Assembly: GCA_963847185.1 (NCBI GenBank)
Contig: CAWJYV010000001.1
Coordinates: 256,001 to 320,000 of the forward strand
Direction: 5' to 3'
From: an uncultured Methanosarcinaceae archaeon
GTDB lineage: Archaea; Halobacteriota; Methanosarcinia; Methanosarcinales; Methanosarcinaceae
DNA length: 64,000 nt
Position 1 is the stretch's first letter. Every line of letters starts with the position of its first letter. Made by a program: the position numbers and the translations under genes. This document shows positions 43,026 to 52,293 of the stretch, one piece after another. The notes beneath the pieces were generated by a model. The model was not told the origin of the DNA. It worked only from the letters and a program-made list of their open reading frames with translations, and did no database searches.

Positions 43026-43597
43026 CAGTCTTAAGAGATGTAGGTATTACATTAAGGGAACTTATCCAGTCGAAGATTCCTGAACTTAAGGTCAACCAAA
43101 ATTCGGTGGTCTTTGAATCTCCTGCAGATATTGTGCCAACAGGCAGCACAATAATGTCCGTATTTCTATATCAGATTGTAGAGAACGGTTTCTTGAGAAA
43201 TATAGAACCTGAACCAATTGATATAACTCAAATGAAATACCCGCCTTTGACTCTTGATTTGTATTATATGTTCACTCCTTACGCTAAGGACAGAGAAACT
43301 GAGCTTCTGATCATGGAAGAACTTATGCAGTTCTTCCATGATACTTCTGTTTTAAAAGGAAACGTGCTTCAAGGTAACCTGGTAGCAGCGGGAAACAACG
43401 AAATAAGAATTATTCCCAATAATTTCACATTTGAGGAAATCAACAAACTATGGGAAAGATTCCCTAACAAATCATACAAGCTATCAGCGTCCTATATTCT
43501 CAGCCCTGTTAGAATTCCATCAGCAAAAGACCCAGCCAAAATTACAAGGGTTGTTAAAAAGGAAATTAACGTGTACAGGCAGGAGGTTGACATATGA
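43022..43597 (+). CDS. DUF4255 / Pvc16-like tail cap (terminator) protein
   Basis: SVFLYQIVEN..LRN...PPLTLDLYYMFT...E.LIMEELMQFFHD...INKLW; overlaps the ATPase stop (ATGA). Confidence 0.88.
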   Translation: MTVLRDVGITLRELIQSKIPELKVNQNSVVFESPADIVPTGSTIMSVFLYQIVENGFLRNIEPEPIDITQMKYPPLTLDLYYMFTPYAKDRETELLIMEELMQFFHDTSVLKGNVLQGNLVAAGNNEIRIIPNNFTFEEINKLWERFPNKSYKLSASYILSPVRIPSAKDPAKITRVVKKEINVYRQEVDI

Positions 43598-43926
43598 TCT
43601 TCCTCGAAAGGATAGAATCAAACCTTACTCTGGCAGTCTTGTTAAAGGATGATTTGTCCCCTGATAAAAAAGCCTTTGGAAATTTGTTCTTAAGTGTTCC
43701 GAGTAAAAGAAAAGATATTATCAGGAGCAATACCGGACATTTTCTTTTAATAGACCTCCCTGAGATAAATCAGACTATTACCGGCGGCGGGGAGTACTAT
43801 AATAACTGTAGCCTCGCGATTGATTACACACATGGGAAGTTGTATGCTGACAATAACGAGGTTGATCCTAAAAATCCTGTAGTCAGTATAACTTTGAGTC
43901 CAAAATCCAATTATCCTTTTCCATAA
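43594..43926 (+). CDS. Hypothetical eCIS protein (beta-rich; possibly C-terminally truncated)
   Basis: Overlapping ATGA start; N.TGHFLLIDLP...L.PKSNYPFP then stop; followed by a MITE-containing gap. Confidence 0.6.
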   Translation: MIFLERIESNLTLAVLLKDDLSPDKKAFGNLFLSVPSKRKDIIRSNTGHFLLIDLPEINQTITGGGEYYNNCSLAIDYTHGKLYADNNEVDPKNPVVSITLSPKSNYPFP

Positions 43927-44056
43927 GGACTGTGCCTCCGGATATTAAAAAGATAGGTATAAACCTACAAAGCAGGCCGTTCCTTTGAAAAAGGGGCTAA
44001 CTACACATGCTGATACATCAATACTTACCAAACCGTAGGAGGTGTTTTAACAAATA

Positions 44057-44173
44057 TAGGACTTACGCAGTTGAGGTTCAAAATCAAGGCAACAGACATC
44101 ATTGCCAAATCTATGATTTAGACAGTTGAAGGTTCAACGCCTTTGATTATTCAGTTCAACTGCGTAAATCCTA
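44057..44173. mobile_element. MITE family B (117 bp, 5-bp TSD AAATA)
   Basis: TIR TAGGACTTACGCAGTTGA ... TCAACTGCGTAAATCCTA; AAATA on both flanks; reverse-complement match to the 52176 copy. Confidence 0.9.
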
Positions 44174-44457
44174 AAATATTGGTAGCATTATATCAAGATT
44201 TTAAGAAAAATATCGATTTTAGCAGATGGGCAGTATTATATAGAATACTACACCCGTTACAAGAGTACACTCTTACGTTTGATATATAATATGACACTTT
44301 AACGAATTTACCTTAATTTTCTATTTTTAAACTTTCTACTTTTTGGTTAAATATTGAGTTTACAGAGAGAATTCTATATTCAATACAATTCATTCCCATG
44401 ACTGTACAGGAAATTTAAAGGAATTAAACATCTTTAATTTGATAAAGGAGGTATAAT

Positions 44458-46308
44458 ATGACTGAATATCTTTCACCAGGAGTATATGTCGAGGAAAAGT
44501 CCTCCGGGGTAAAGCCTATTGAAGGCGTCGGCACTTCGACCGGGGCTTTTGTTGGAATTGCAGAAAAAGGACCGGTAGGAGAAGCAAACCTGATTGCAAA
44601 TTGGACTCAGTTTGTTAATAAGTACGGAGCCTTTACTGACAAAGCATATCTGGCATATGCAGTTTATCAGTTCTTTGCAGAAGGAGGAACTCGATGCTAT
44701 GTAGTAAGGACATGCCATTATACGGATATAACGAACAAATCTTCAAAGACAACTAAGGCTGCAACAGCGACCCTGAACGATAGCGCTGCTTCTCCTGCAG
44801 CATCTTTAAAATTCACGGCATTGGAAGAAGGTACATGGGGCGAAAAAATTACCATCGAAGCAAAAGATGCCACTGATACTACCCTAACAAGTGGATTCAA
44901 GCTGGTTGTAAAATATGATGAAGATGAGCAAGAGTCCTTCGATAATCTTACGATGGGAAATGTCCTGGACGAAGTAAAGAGCTCAGCGTATATCAAAGTT
45001 GAAAAGGTAGGAACTACTGCTCCCAAGAAAGGTACATCTGTGACCCTTAAAGGCGGAAGTAACGGTGCCGCCGCCCGTTCAACAGGAAACTTGAACGATA
45101 GCGCTACTCCTGCTGTAGGATCGCTGAAATTCACAGCGTTGAATGATGGTGCTTGGGGTGATAAAATTTCCATCGAAGCAAAAAGCGCCACTGATACTGC
45201 ACTAGCAAATGGATTCAAGCTGGTTGTAAAATTTGAAGGTATTGAGCAGGAGTCCTTTGATAACCTTACAATGGAAAATGTATTGGAAAAAGTAAAAAGT
45301 TCGGCATATATCAAAGTTGAAAAGATAGGATCTACTCCCAATGCTCCCAAAAAAGATACATCTGTGACTCTTAAAGACGCAAATGCCTCCTCTCTTATTG
45401 TAGCGGATTTTGAAGGCGATGCAAAGGCAGGAAACGGTCTCCATGCGTTCGATGTGGTAGATGATATCAATATCGTTGCCATGCCGGATAGTGCAAATAT
45501 TCTCACTACTGCTGCGAATAAATTTGGACCTAGAAACGCTATTATAAAGGGTTATAGTTACTGCCAGAACAGGGGGGATTGCTTCTTTATTGCGGATTCA
45601 CCAAAGGAACTTAGTCCTACTCAAGTTAAGGATTTTAAAGAGGCAAAGGGAGATTATAACGGACAAAACTCGTTTAACTCTTCATTTGCAGCTCTCTACT
45701 ACCCATGGGTCTATATAAGTGATCCACTAGGTGGAACGAAATTAGTTCCCCCATCAGGTGCAGTTGCTGGAACATATGCCCATACAGATTCAGTGAGGGG
45801 AGTACATAAAGCACCCGCAGGAACTTCGGAAGGTTATCTTGATTCTGTAAGCGGTATAGAAAGGATTATTACAAAAAGTGAACATGATACTTTGAACCAA
45901 CCAGGGATAAATGTCATTCGTTCGTTCCCGACAGCAGGGATATGCATATGGGGGGCACGGACACTATCCTCCGACTCTGAATGGAAGTATATAAACATTA
46001 GAAGATTATTTCTTTTCCTGGAAGAATCCCTTGACGAGGCTACCCAGTGGGTAGTATTTGAGCCTAATTCCCCAGCTCTGTGGGGCTCGATAATAAGAAA
46101 TATAACCGCTTTTTTGCTAAGGGTTTGGAGAGACGGAGCTCTGTACGGGGCTACACCTGAAGAAGCTTTTTTTGTCAAAGTTGATGAAGAGAACAATCCG
46201 GAAGAAGTAAGGAATGTCGGGCAGCTGGTCATTGAAGTCGGAGTAGCACCTGTAAGACCTGCGGAATTCGTAATAATCAGAATCAAGCAGAAGACTCAGT
46301 CAAAATAA
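44458..46308 (+). CDS. Contractile tail sheath protein
   Basis: YLSPGVYVEE...GVGTSTGAFVG, AALYYPWV, PPSGAVAG, GVHKAPA, WGARTLS, WKYINIRR, WVVFEPN, GVAPVRPAEFVIIRI. Confidence 0.97.
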   Translation: MTEYLSPGVYVEEKSSGVKPIEGVGTSTGAFVGIAEKGPVGEANLIANWTQFVNKYGAFTDKAYLAYAVYQFFAEGGTRCYVVRTCHYTDITNKSSKTTKAATATLNDSAASPAASLKFTALEEGTWGEKITIEAKDATDTTLTSGFKLVVKYDEDEQESFDNLTMGNVLDEVKSSAYIKVEKVGTTAPKKGTSVTLKGGSNGAAARSTGNLNDSATPAVGSLKFTALNDGAWGDKISIEAKSATDTALANGFKLVVKFEGIEQESFDNLTMENVLEKVKSSAYIKVEKIGSTPNAPKKDTSVTLKDANASSLIVADFEGDAKAGNGLHAFDVVDDINIVAMPDSANILTTAANKFGPRNAIIKGYSYCQNRGDCFFIADSPKELSPTQVKDFKEAKGDYNGQNSFNSSFAALYYPWVYISDPLGGTKLVPPSGAVAGTYAHTDSVRGVHKAPAGTSEGYLDSVSGIERIITKSEHDTLNQPGINVIRSFPTAGICIWGARTLSSDSEWKYINIRRLFLFLEESLDEATQWVVFEPNSPALWGSIIRNITAFLLRVWRDGALYGATPEEAFFVKVDEENNPEEVRNVGQLVIEVGVAPVRPAEFVIIRIKQKTQSK

Positions 46309-46332
46309 CTGTAAATTAAGGAGGAATACATT

Positions 46333-46776
46333 ATGGCAACAGCCTCAAGAAGTGATCCGTATAGAAACTTTAGATTCAAAGTCGAAATCGATGGGATAAA
46401 AACCGCAAGCTTTGCAGAAGCTACTATCCCGGATACAACAACAGACTCTGTTGACTACAGAGAAGGTACGGATTTACCGTACCAGAGAAAGCTTTCGGGT
46501 CTCACCAAGTACGGGAACATAACATTAAAGAAAGGATTAACGGATTCGATGGAACTGTATACATGGAGAAAACTTGTGGAAGATTCCGGTGCAAGCAAAG
46601 CAAGAAAGAGCATCTCAATCGTATTGATTGATGAGGAAGGTAATGATAAATCCAGATGGGATATCATAGAAGCATGGCCAACTAAGTATTCTTCAGCCGG
46701 TTTTGATGCAAAAGGAAATGCTGTGGTAATAGAATCCTTAGAGTTAGTGCATGAAGGGATAAAGAGAACGAAGTAA
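46333..46776 (+). CDS. Tail tube protein (T4 gp19-like, Afp1-type)
   Basis: DPYRNFRFKVEIDG...YREG...GLTKYGNITLKKG...AWPTKY...IESLELVHEG. Confidence 0.95.
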   Translation: MATASRSDPYRNFRFKVEIDGIKTASFAEATIPDTTTDSVDYREGTDLPYQRKLSGLTKYGNITLKKGLTDSMELYTWRKLVEDSGASKARKSISIVLIDEEGNDKSRWDIIEAWPTKYSSAGFDAKGNAVVIESLELVHEGIKRTK

Positions 46777-46798
46777 GGATTAGACAAGAGGAAGCTAA

Positions 46799-47167
46799 AT
46801 GGGAGTTTTACAGACCGAATATGATTTTTCCCTGCCTCTGGGATATGCGGACGAATCTGGTACTCTTCACAAAACGGGTAAAATGAGACTTGCCACTGCA
46901 GCTGATGAGATACTGCCTATGAAGGACCCGAGGGTACAGAGTAATCCTGCGTATCTGACTATCATTTTACTTTCCAGAGTTGTTACTCGCCTTGGAGACT
47001 TGAAGATGGTAACTCCGCTTGTTATTGAAGGTCTTTTTGCAGCGGACTTCGCATATCTTCAGGAAATGTATACAAGAATTAATCAGAATGGTTCAAATGT
47101 AATCAAAACAGTATGCCCGAAATGTGAACACAGGTTCGATGTAGAGGTACAGTCTCCGGGGGAATAA
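46799..47167 (+). CDS. Putative tail assembly chaperone with C-terminal CPxC
   Basis: TEYDFSLPLGYADESGTLHKTGKMRLATAADEI...LLSRVV..LG...LFAADFAYLQ.MY.RIN...CPKC; directly after the tube gene. Confidence 0.8.
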   Translation: MGVLQTEYDFSLPLGYADESGTLHKTGKMRLATAADEILPMKDPRVQSNPAYLTIILLSRVVTRLGDLKMVTPLVIEGLFAADFAYLQEMYTRINQNGSNVIKTVCPKCEHRFDVEVQSPGE

Positions 47168-47346
47168 TAGGCTACCCCCAAGAATGCCTCTATGAAGAGG
47201 TAGCCTTTTTAGCTTACCATTTTCACTGGGATTACGAGACTATTATGAATATGGAACATCGAGAGAGGCAGCAATGGTGTGAGGAAGTGAACAAGATAAA
47301 TAATAAACTTAACGCTAAGGAATCGAAAAGTATTCTAGACATTTAG
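47158..47346 (+). CDS. DUF6760-like frame with no start codon; predicted -1 frameshift extension of the chaperone
   Basis: GIIGYPQECLYEEVAFLAYHFHWDYETIMNMEHRERQQWCEEVNKINNKLNAKESKSILDI*; in the -1 frame, entered at GGGGGAA 47158-47164. Confidence 0.8.
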   Translation, partial: GGIIGYPQECLYEEVAFLAYHFHWDYETIMNMEHRERQQWCEEVNKINNKLNAKESKSILDI

Positions 47347-47354
47347 GAGGAGCG

Positions 47355-47780
47355 ATGACAGTTGGAGCCCGGAAGGATCCCTATAGTGGTTATAATTTTG
47401 TCGTGGAAATAGAGGGCATCCTGGCAGCTGGATTTACCGAGGTTTCAGGCTTGAGTATGCAAACAGAAGTTGATACCATAAAAGAAGGAGGAGTGAATAA
47501 TTATGAGCATAAGCTTCCCAGAGGGATAAAATATTCGGATATTACATTAAAACGCGGGCTTATGGATCGGGAACTCTGGGCATGGTATCGAAGGACTGTA
47601 CATGGAAATATTGAAAGAAAAAGCGGTACTATAAGTCTTCGTGACCATTCCGGAAAAACCGTACTGAGCTGGTTTTTCTTTGATGCATTTCCCATTAAGT
47701 GGGAAGGACCCGCACTAAATGCAGCTTCAAATACAGTTGCCAGTGAGACACTTGTCCTGGCGCATCAGGGTCTCATATAA
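47355..47780 (+). CDS. Second tail tube protein (Afp5-like)
   Basis: DPYSGYNFVVEIEG..AGFTEVSGL...EGGVN...KLP...ITLKRG...AFPIKWEGP.LNA...ETLVLAH. Confidence 0.93.
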   Translation: MTVGARKDPYSGYNFVVEIEGILAAGFTEVSGLSMQTEVDTIKEGGVNNYEHKLPRGIKYSDITLKRGLMDRELWAWYRRTVHGNIERKSGTISLRDHSGKTVLSWFFFDAFPIKWEGPALNAASNTVASETLVLAHQGLI

Positions 47781-47783
47781 TGG

Positions 47784-49523
47784 GTGATTATTGTTCGCTT
47801 TCAAAGAAACTATAAAATTATGAGCTCAAATAAGATATTTACTGGATCCAATGGTCTGAAGATTAATATACCGAAGTTCGCTATCGGACAGAATAGTTCA
47901 AACTTTTCGATGAAGATTGTCGGAAAGTATAATGTATTCCATAAGTCCGACAGTCTGCCAGCTTTGATATTCCGTAGATTATCTGACGTAAAAACGAATA
48001 ATAAGTCATTATATAACGAACCATTCAATATTTTTATAAGTTTTCAAAATTTCAATGATTTCATCAATCAATTCCAAAAAACTTTAAAGCTGCTCAGTAA
48101 TTCGATTATAGCAACCAGTGATGTTCATTCATGCATCAACGCTCTAACATTAAAGAGATATAGCAGTCCAGCCTCCAAATATCCGGAAGTAAAGCGTTAT
48201 GCTTTTCCAGTAATTGCTACTGGAAAAACTGATGGCATATCAGGCAGAAAAACGGATACTATAGTAGCCTATCAAAAAGCGCTTAATTTTAACACTTCAA
48301 CTAACATAGAAATTGTCACTCAGGACATAGAGAAGCCATTTTTCAAGAAGACGGAAACTGATCCACAGTACGGAAATAATGCAACCGGGCAAATAAGAGA
48401 AAGAAAAAAACAATTCATAATGACGTTTAATCAGTATCCCTCATACAGAAATATTCTGATATCGGAAAATCCAGTGACTCGGAGTTATTTATACAACAAT
48501 TTTAATTTTGGGCTCTCAGGTCCAGAGCACAGTCTGACAATCGCAAGTACAAATAAGACGGATGAAGCTTCAGAAGACGTAAAAGCTGTCACTCCAAGAG
48601 CAGACATACCGTCCAAAGTTTCTGCAAACCCGATTTTTCTTGATTATATGCATAGTAGAAATATCGATGTATCCGGTTCAGAACCTAACAGGATAATATA
48701 TGCAGCAAAAAAGGTGGATGCATCTTTAACAGGAAATTTTGGAACCTCTAAGAGCACTGACTCTCAGAGCACTTATACATTATCTCCCCTGCAAACCAGG
48801 AATTCAAAAAATGAGAACAATAGTACTTCCGGACAAGCAGGAGAAGGTAAAATACAGCTAATTACGGAGTTACAAAGCCTTTATTTTCCCGCCAAATCAA
48901 AAATAATATCATTGAACTCCATGAATTCCAGGCATTTACAGCGAGCACTTAATTTCAAATCAGTCAATTCTAAATTTGAGATGGATTTTTTCAGTACAAA
49001 GACTGCAGATAAAGCTTCAACTGTTATATCTCCGGCTTTGCAAGGAATTGATTCATCATTTCAGCAAATAGGGAACGTGCAGAATCTGAAATACGGATAC
49101 TTCTTTAACAATGATATTAAACTTACAGGGCGAAACGTGGCTTCTGTTTTCAAAGATAAAAGGATACTGAGAAAAAGTACCGCTCCATCTCAGGATAATG
49201 TTTTCCCATATCCACTGACCGATTTCAAGTACGTTAACGGGTTCATGAAAAGAAACAGATTATATGAAGTTGGTGAAGACCCTGTATATGACTCAAGGGA
49301 ACTTGTTCTCAAAAAAACCTTCCCTCAAAAAGTTGAGGTAGTTTCCGAGAATAATAAAGGGATTCAGACCGAAAATGTCTCTCCAGGCAGGATACGCAAC
49401 GATCTGGATAAAAAAATGATGGATGAAAAACCGGTACGTGAGATCGAGATTATAGCAGATAAGGTATACAAAATCATAGAGAGAAGAATTTCAATCGAAA
49501 AAGATAGGAGAGGCTTGTTCTAA
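47784..49523 (+). CDS. Low-complexity eCIS protein with a conserved-looking C-terminal helix; tape-measure candidate
   Basis: S/N/T/K-rich 579 aa; C-terminal EIEIIADKVYKIIERRISIEKDRRG; lies between tube 2 and the LysM protein. Confidence 0.6.
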   Translation: MIIVRFQRNYKIMSSNKIFTGSNGLKINIPKFAIGQNSSNFSMKIVGKYNVFHKSDSLPALIFRRLSDVKTNNKSLYNEPFNIFISFQNFNDFINQFQKTLKLLSNSIIATSDVHSCINALTLKRYSSPASKYPEVKRYAFPVIATGKTDGISGRKTDTIVAYQKALNFNTSTNIEIVTQDIEKPFFKKTETDPQYGNNATGQIRERKKQFIMTFNQYPSYRNILISENPVTRSYLYNNFNFGLSGPEHSLTIASTNKTDEASEDVKAVTPRADIPSKVSANPIFLDYMHSRNIDVSGSEPNRIIYAAKKVDASLTGNFGTSKSTDSQSTYTLSPLQTRNSKNENNSTSGQAGEGKIQLITELQSLYFPAKSKIISLNSMNSRHLQRALNFKSVNSKFEMDFFSTKTADKASTVISPALQGIDSSFQQIGNVQNLKYGYFFNNDIKLTGRNVASVFKDKRILRKSTAPSQDNVFPYPLTDFKYVNGFMKRNRLYEVGEDPVYDSRELVLKKTFPQKVEVVSENNKGIQTENVSPGRIRNDLDKKMMDEKPVREIEIIADKVYKIIERRISIEKDRRGLF

Positions 49524-50131
49524 TGGTGGAGAAGGCAAAAATAAAAGTTGAAGATACCGGGGATATTATCGATGTGATGTTCAATCCAAATGAATATACT
49601 GTTTCAACTGCAGCAGAGTTAAGCACCGAAAAATCAAACCCCTTTTTTAATAAGGTAACACTGGATGATTTTACTGTCAAACTAACTTTTGATACTTACG
49701 AAAAAAAAACAGATGTAAGGAAACTCACAAATAAAATCGGAAAACTTGTTATGCCCACTGTCGAAGGAGCAGAAAGGAAAAAGCCTCCAGTTTGTCTTTT
49801 TATCTGGGGCAACTTCACATACAAGGGCATAATCTATAAAGTTAGCCAAAAGTTTACACTTTTCCTTTCAGACGGGACTCCAGTTAGAGCGGAGTTGACT
49901 GTTACCTTTAAAGCCCTCGTGACACCTGAAGAGTATGCAAAAAATATGGGTATCGAGGCCTGCAGGAAGGTTTGGACTGTGAAAAGCGGTGACAGACTCG
50001 ACCTCATAGCTAATAAAGCGCTTAAAGATCCAGCCCTCTGGAGAAGAATAGCAGAAGAAAATAATATTGACAACCCTCTGGCATTTCCAAAGGATAGCGA
50101 TATTGGCAGAATATTAATAATTCCTGATTAA
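49523..50131 (+). CDS. CIS tube-initiator / LysM protein (Afp7-like)
   Basis: VMFNPNEY, LTFDT, PPVCLFIWG, FTLFLSDGTPVRA, C-terminal LysM VKSGDRLDLIA...WRRIAEENNIDNP...G..LIIP. Confidence 0.92.
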   Translation: MVEKAKIKVEDTGDIIDVMFNPNEYTVSTAAELSTEKSNPFFNKVTLDDFTVKLTFDTYEKKTDVRKLTNKIGKLVMPTVEGAERKKPPVCLFIWGNFTYKGIIYKVSQKFTLFLSDGTPVRAELTVTFKALVTPEEYAKNMGIEACRKVWTVKSGDRLDLIANKALKDPALWRRIAEENNIDNPLAFPKDSDIGRILIIPD

Positions 50132-50144
50132 GGAGTCTTACTCG

Positions 50145-51194
50145 ATGGCAGAGGACCCGTTAAATGTTTCCTATTTCAAATTGCTCTTAAATGGAACTGA
50201 ACTTTCGAACGAGCTAGTTCCAGCAGTTCATGGAATTACCCTAGAAGATGAACTTAATCTGCCGTCAATGTTTACGATCAAGTTCGACACCGTCGACGGT
50301 ATAAAAGGTGCATGGAGGGGCATTGATCTTAAAACTTTCAAAATGGGGGATACAGTAAAGGTTTCTATGGGTATCGATAGCGCAGTCGATATGATGACAG
50401 GTGAGATCACCTCACTGGACTACAATTTTGGAGATTCATGTTTCATGGATATAAGAGGCTATGACAGACTTCACAGATTGAGATTCGGAACTATGAGACG
50501 CTCATTTAAAAATATGAAGGATAGTGATATCGCATTATCCATTGCATCGGAGCTCAGTTTGACCTCAGATACCGAAGATACGGGAACTGTCCATCCCTAT
50601 ATATTCCAAAGTAACCAGAGTAATTATGAGTTCCTTATAGATCGCGCCAAGCGAATAGGATATGAAATTCTAGTAGATGATAAGACTTTGATATTTCGAA
50701 AATCAAAGGAAGACAAATCACCAGAGGTAACTCTAGAATATGGTAAAGATCTCCAAAGTTTCTTTGTCCAGATAAAGACTCTGACAGAAGGTAGTAAAGT
50801 AGAAGTCAGGGGCTGGAATGTCAAAGACAAAGAGGAGATTAGTTCTATAGCCTCAAAAGGAAGTGAAAAAACTAAAATGTCAGGAACAGAATCAGGCTAT
50901 GAAATGTCTGAAAAAGCATTCCTTGCATCATCGGTTTCTATTGTGGATGATGTAGTTCTTGATTCAAAAGATGCGGAAGATATTGCAAAGGCGAAATATA
51001 ACAGTATGCTCAAAGAGTTCCTGACAGGAGAGGGGGAATGTGCTGGGAATCCGAAAATAAGAGCTGGAAAGACAATTGAAATTAAAGGCTTAGGTGACAG
51101 GTTGAGTGGAACCTATTATGTCATATCAACGGCTCATTCTATAAAAAAGGGAGCATACATGACCACGTTTAGAGTAAGGAGAACAGGAATATGA
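50145..51194 (+). CDS. Phage late-control D / gp27-like baseplate hub
   Basis: GYDRLHRL..G..RRSF, Q.NQSNYEFL..RA.RIGY, VEVRGWN, GNPKIRAG, SGTYYV...H. Confidence 0.92.
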   Translation: MAEDPLNVSYFKLLLNGTELSNELVPAVHGITLEDELNLPSMFTIKFDTVDGIKGAWRGIDLKTFKMGDTVKVSMGIDSAVDMMTGEITSLDYNFGDSCFMDIRGYDRLHRLRFGTMRRSFKNMKDSDIALSIASELSLTSDTEDTGTVHPYIFQSNQSNYEFLIDRAKRIGYEILVDDKTLIFRKSKEDKSPEVTLEYGKDLQSFFVQIKTLTEGSKVEVRGWNVKDKEEISSIASKGSEKTKMSGTESGYEMSEKAFLASSVSIVDDVVLDSKDAEDIAKAKYNSMLKEFLTGEGECAGNPKIRAGKTIEIKGLGDRLSGTYYVISTAHSIKKGAYMTTFRVRRTGI

Positions 51195-51874
51195 GCATTA
51201 CAGGGATTCTTGAGCAGAGCAGAAGAGCCGAATCCAAAATTTATGGAGTTGTGGTCGGGATTGTCACCAATAATAAGGACCCTGATTCTCTTGGCCGTGT
51301 CAAGGTAAAAATCACCCGAATAAGTGGAGAGGATGAATCCAACTGGGCAAGGGTTATTTCGTTCATGGCAGGAAAAGAACGAGGTGCTTTTTACTTACCT
51401 GAAGTGGATGATGAAGTGCTTGTAGCTTTCGAATACGGTGACATAAATCTCCCTTATGTAATCGGTTCCTTATGGAATGGCAAGGATAGGCCCCCCCTTA
51501 CAAACGACGACGGAAAGAATAATCTCAGGGTTATTAAATCTCGAAGCGGCCATATAATACGGCTTGATGACACGGAGGGACAGGAGAAAATCGAGATTGT
51601 GGATAAAACTGAAAAAAATATAGTTGTAATCGACTCAAAAGAAAACAAGATCTCCATTAAATCCGAGAAAGACATAGAGATATCTGCACCAAATGGGAAA
51701 GTAACAATTGGAGCAAAAGAAATCGAAATAAAATCTTCTGGATCCACAAAGATCGAAGCAAAAGAAATTGAAGCAAAAGCCTCTTCATCCGCAAAGGTCG
51801 AAGCTTCATCGAGCATGGATCTTAGGGCTTCTGGAAATCTGAAAATAAAAGGGGCAACAGTGAACATAAACTGA
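51191..51874 (+). CDS. Baseplate spike protein (gpV / gp5 OB-fold, VgrG C-terminal-like)
   Basis: GVVVGIVTNNKDPDSLGRVKV...WARV...LPEVDDEVLVAFEYGD..PYVIGSLWN...SRSGH; beta-helix repeats at the C-terminus. Confidence 0.95.
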   Translation: MSITGILEQSRRAESKIYGVVVGIVTNNKDPDSLGRVKVKITRISGEDESNWARVISFMAGKERGAFYLPEVDDEVLVAFEYGDINLPYVIGSLWNGKDRPPLTNDDGKNNLRVIKSRSGHIIRLDDTEGQEKIEIVDKTEKNIVVIDSKENKISIKSEKDIEISAPNGKVTIGAKEIEIKSSGSTKIEAKEIEAKASSSAKVEASSSMDLRASGNLKIKGATVNIN

Positions 51875-52002
51875 GCTGATCCCAAAACTCAAAAACTATT
51901 TCTTTGAATCTCAACTTAAAAACATTTAATTGAGCTACTGATCAGGAAAGTAATTATGAAATTCCTATGGATATGGAAAAAAATAGGTTTTGGGATAGGC
52001 TC
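51873..52002. mobile_element. MITE family A (130 bp) abutting the spike stop codon
   Basis: GAGCTGATCCCAAAAC ... GTTTTGGGATAGGCTC; similar to 4852-4982. Confidence 0.75.
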
Positions 52003-52175
52003 ACTAATTATTAGAATCCTTAAAGAACGATCACATCTGGACTTTCAGCTATTTACCTGAATAAAATATAATGATATTGCTTTCCAACAAAATATGGAGC
52101 CTAATATTCTAATAAGTTATCTGCTCATTCAAAGTTAAATAATTTTTAGTTTTGCTTTTCAATTCTTATTATTTA

Positions 52176-52293
52176 TAGGACTTACGCGGTTGAACTGAAT
52201 AATCAACTGCGTTAAACCTTCAACTGTCCAAAATTTGGCTTTAACAGCAATGTTTAGTGCTCTTGATTTTGAACCTCAAGTGCGTAAGTCCTA
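52176..52293. mobile_element. MITE family B (118 bp, 5-bp TSD ATTTA)
   Basis: TAGGACTTACGCGGTTGA ... TCAAGTGCGTAAGTCCTA; ATTTA on both flanks. Confidence 0.9.

Noticed and set aside
44473-46787. Long antisense ORFs over the sheath and tube genes (and similar shadows over iorA, paaK, mscS, taw2)
   Set aside because: These are shadow frames of well-supported genes on the opposite strand.
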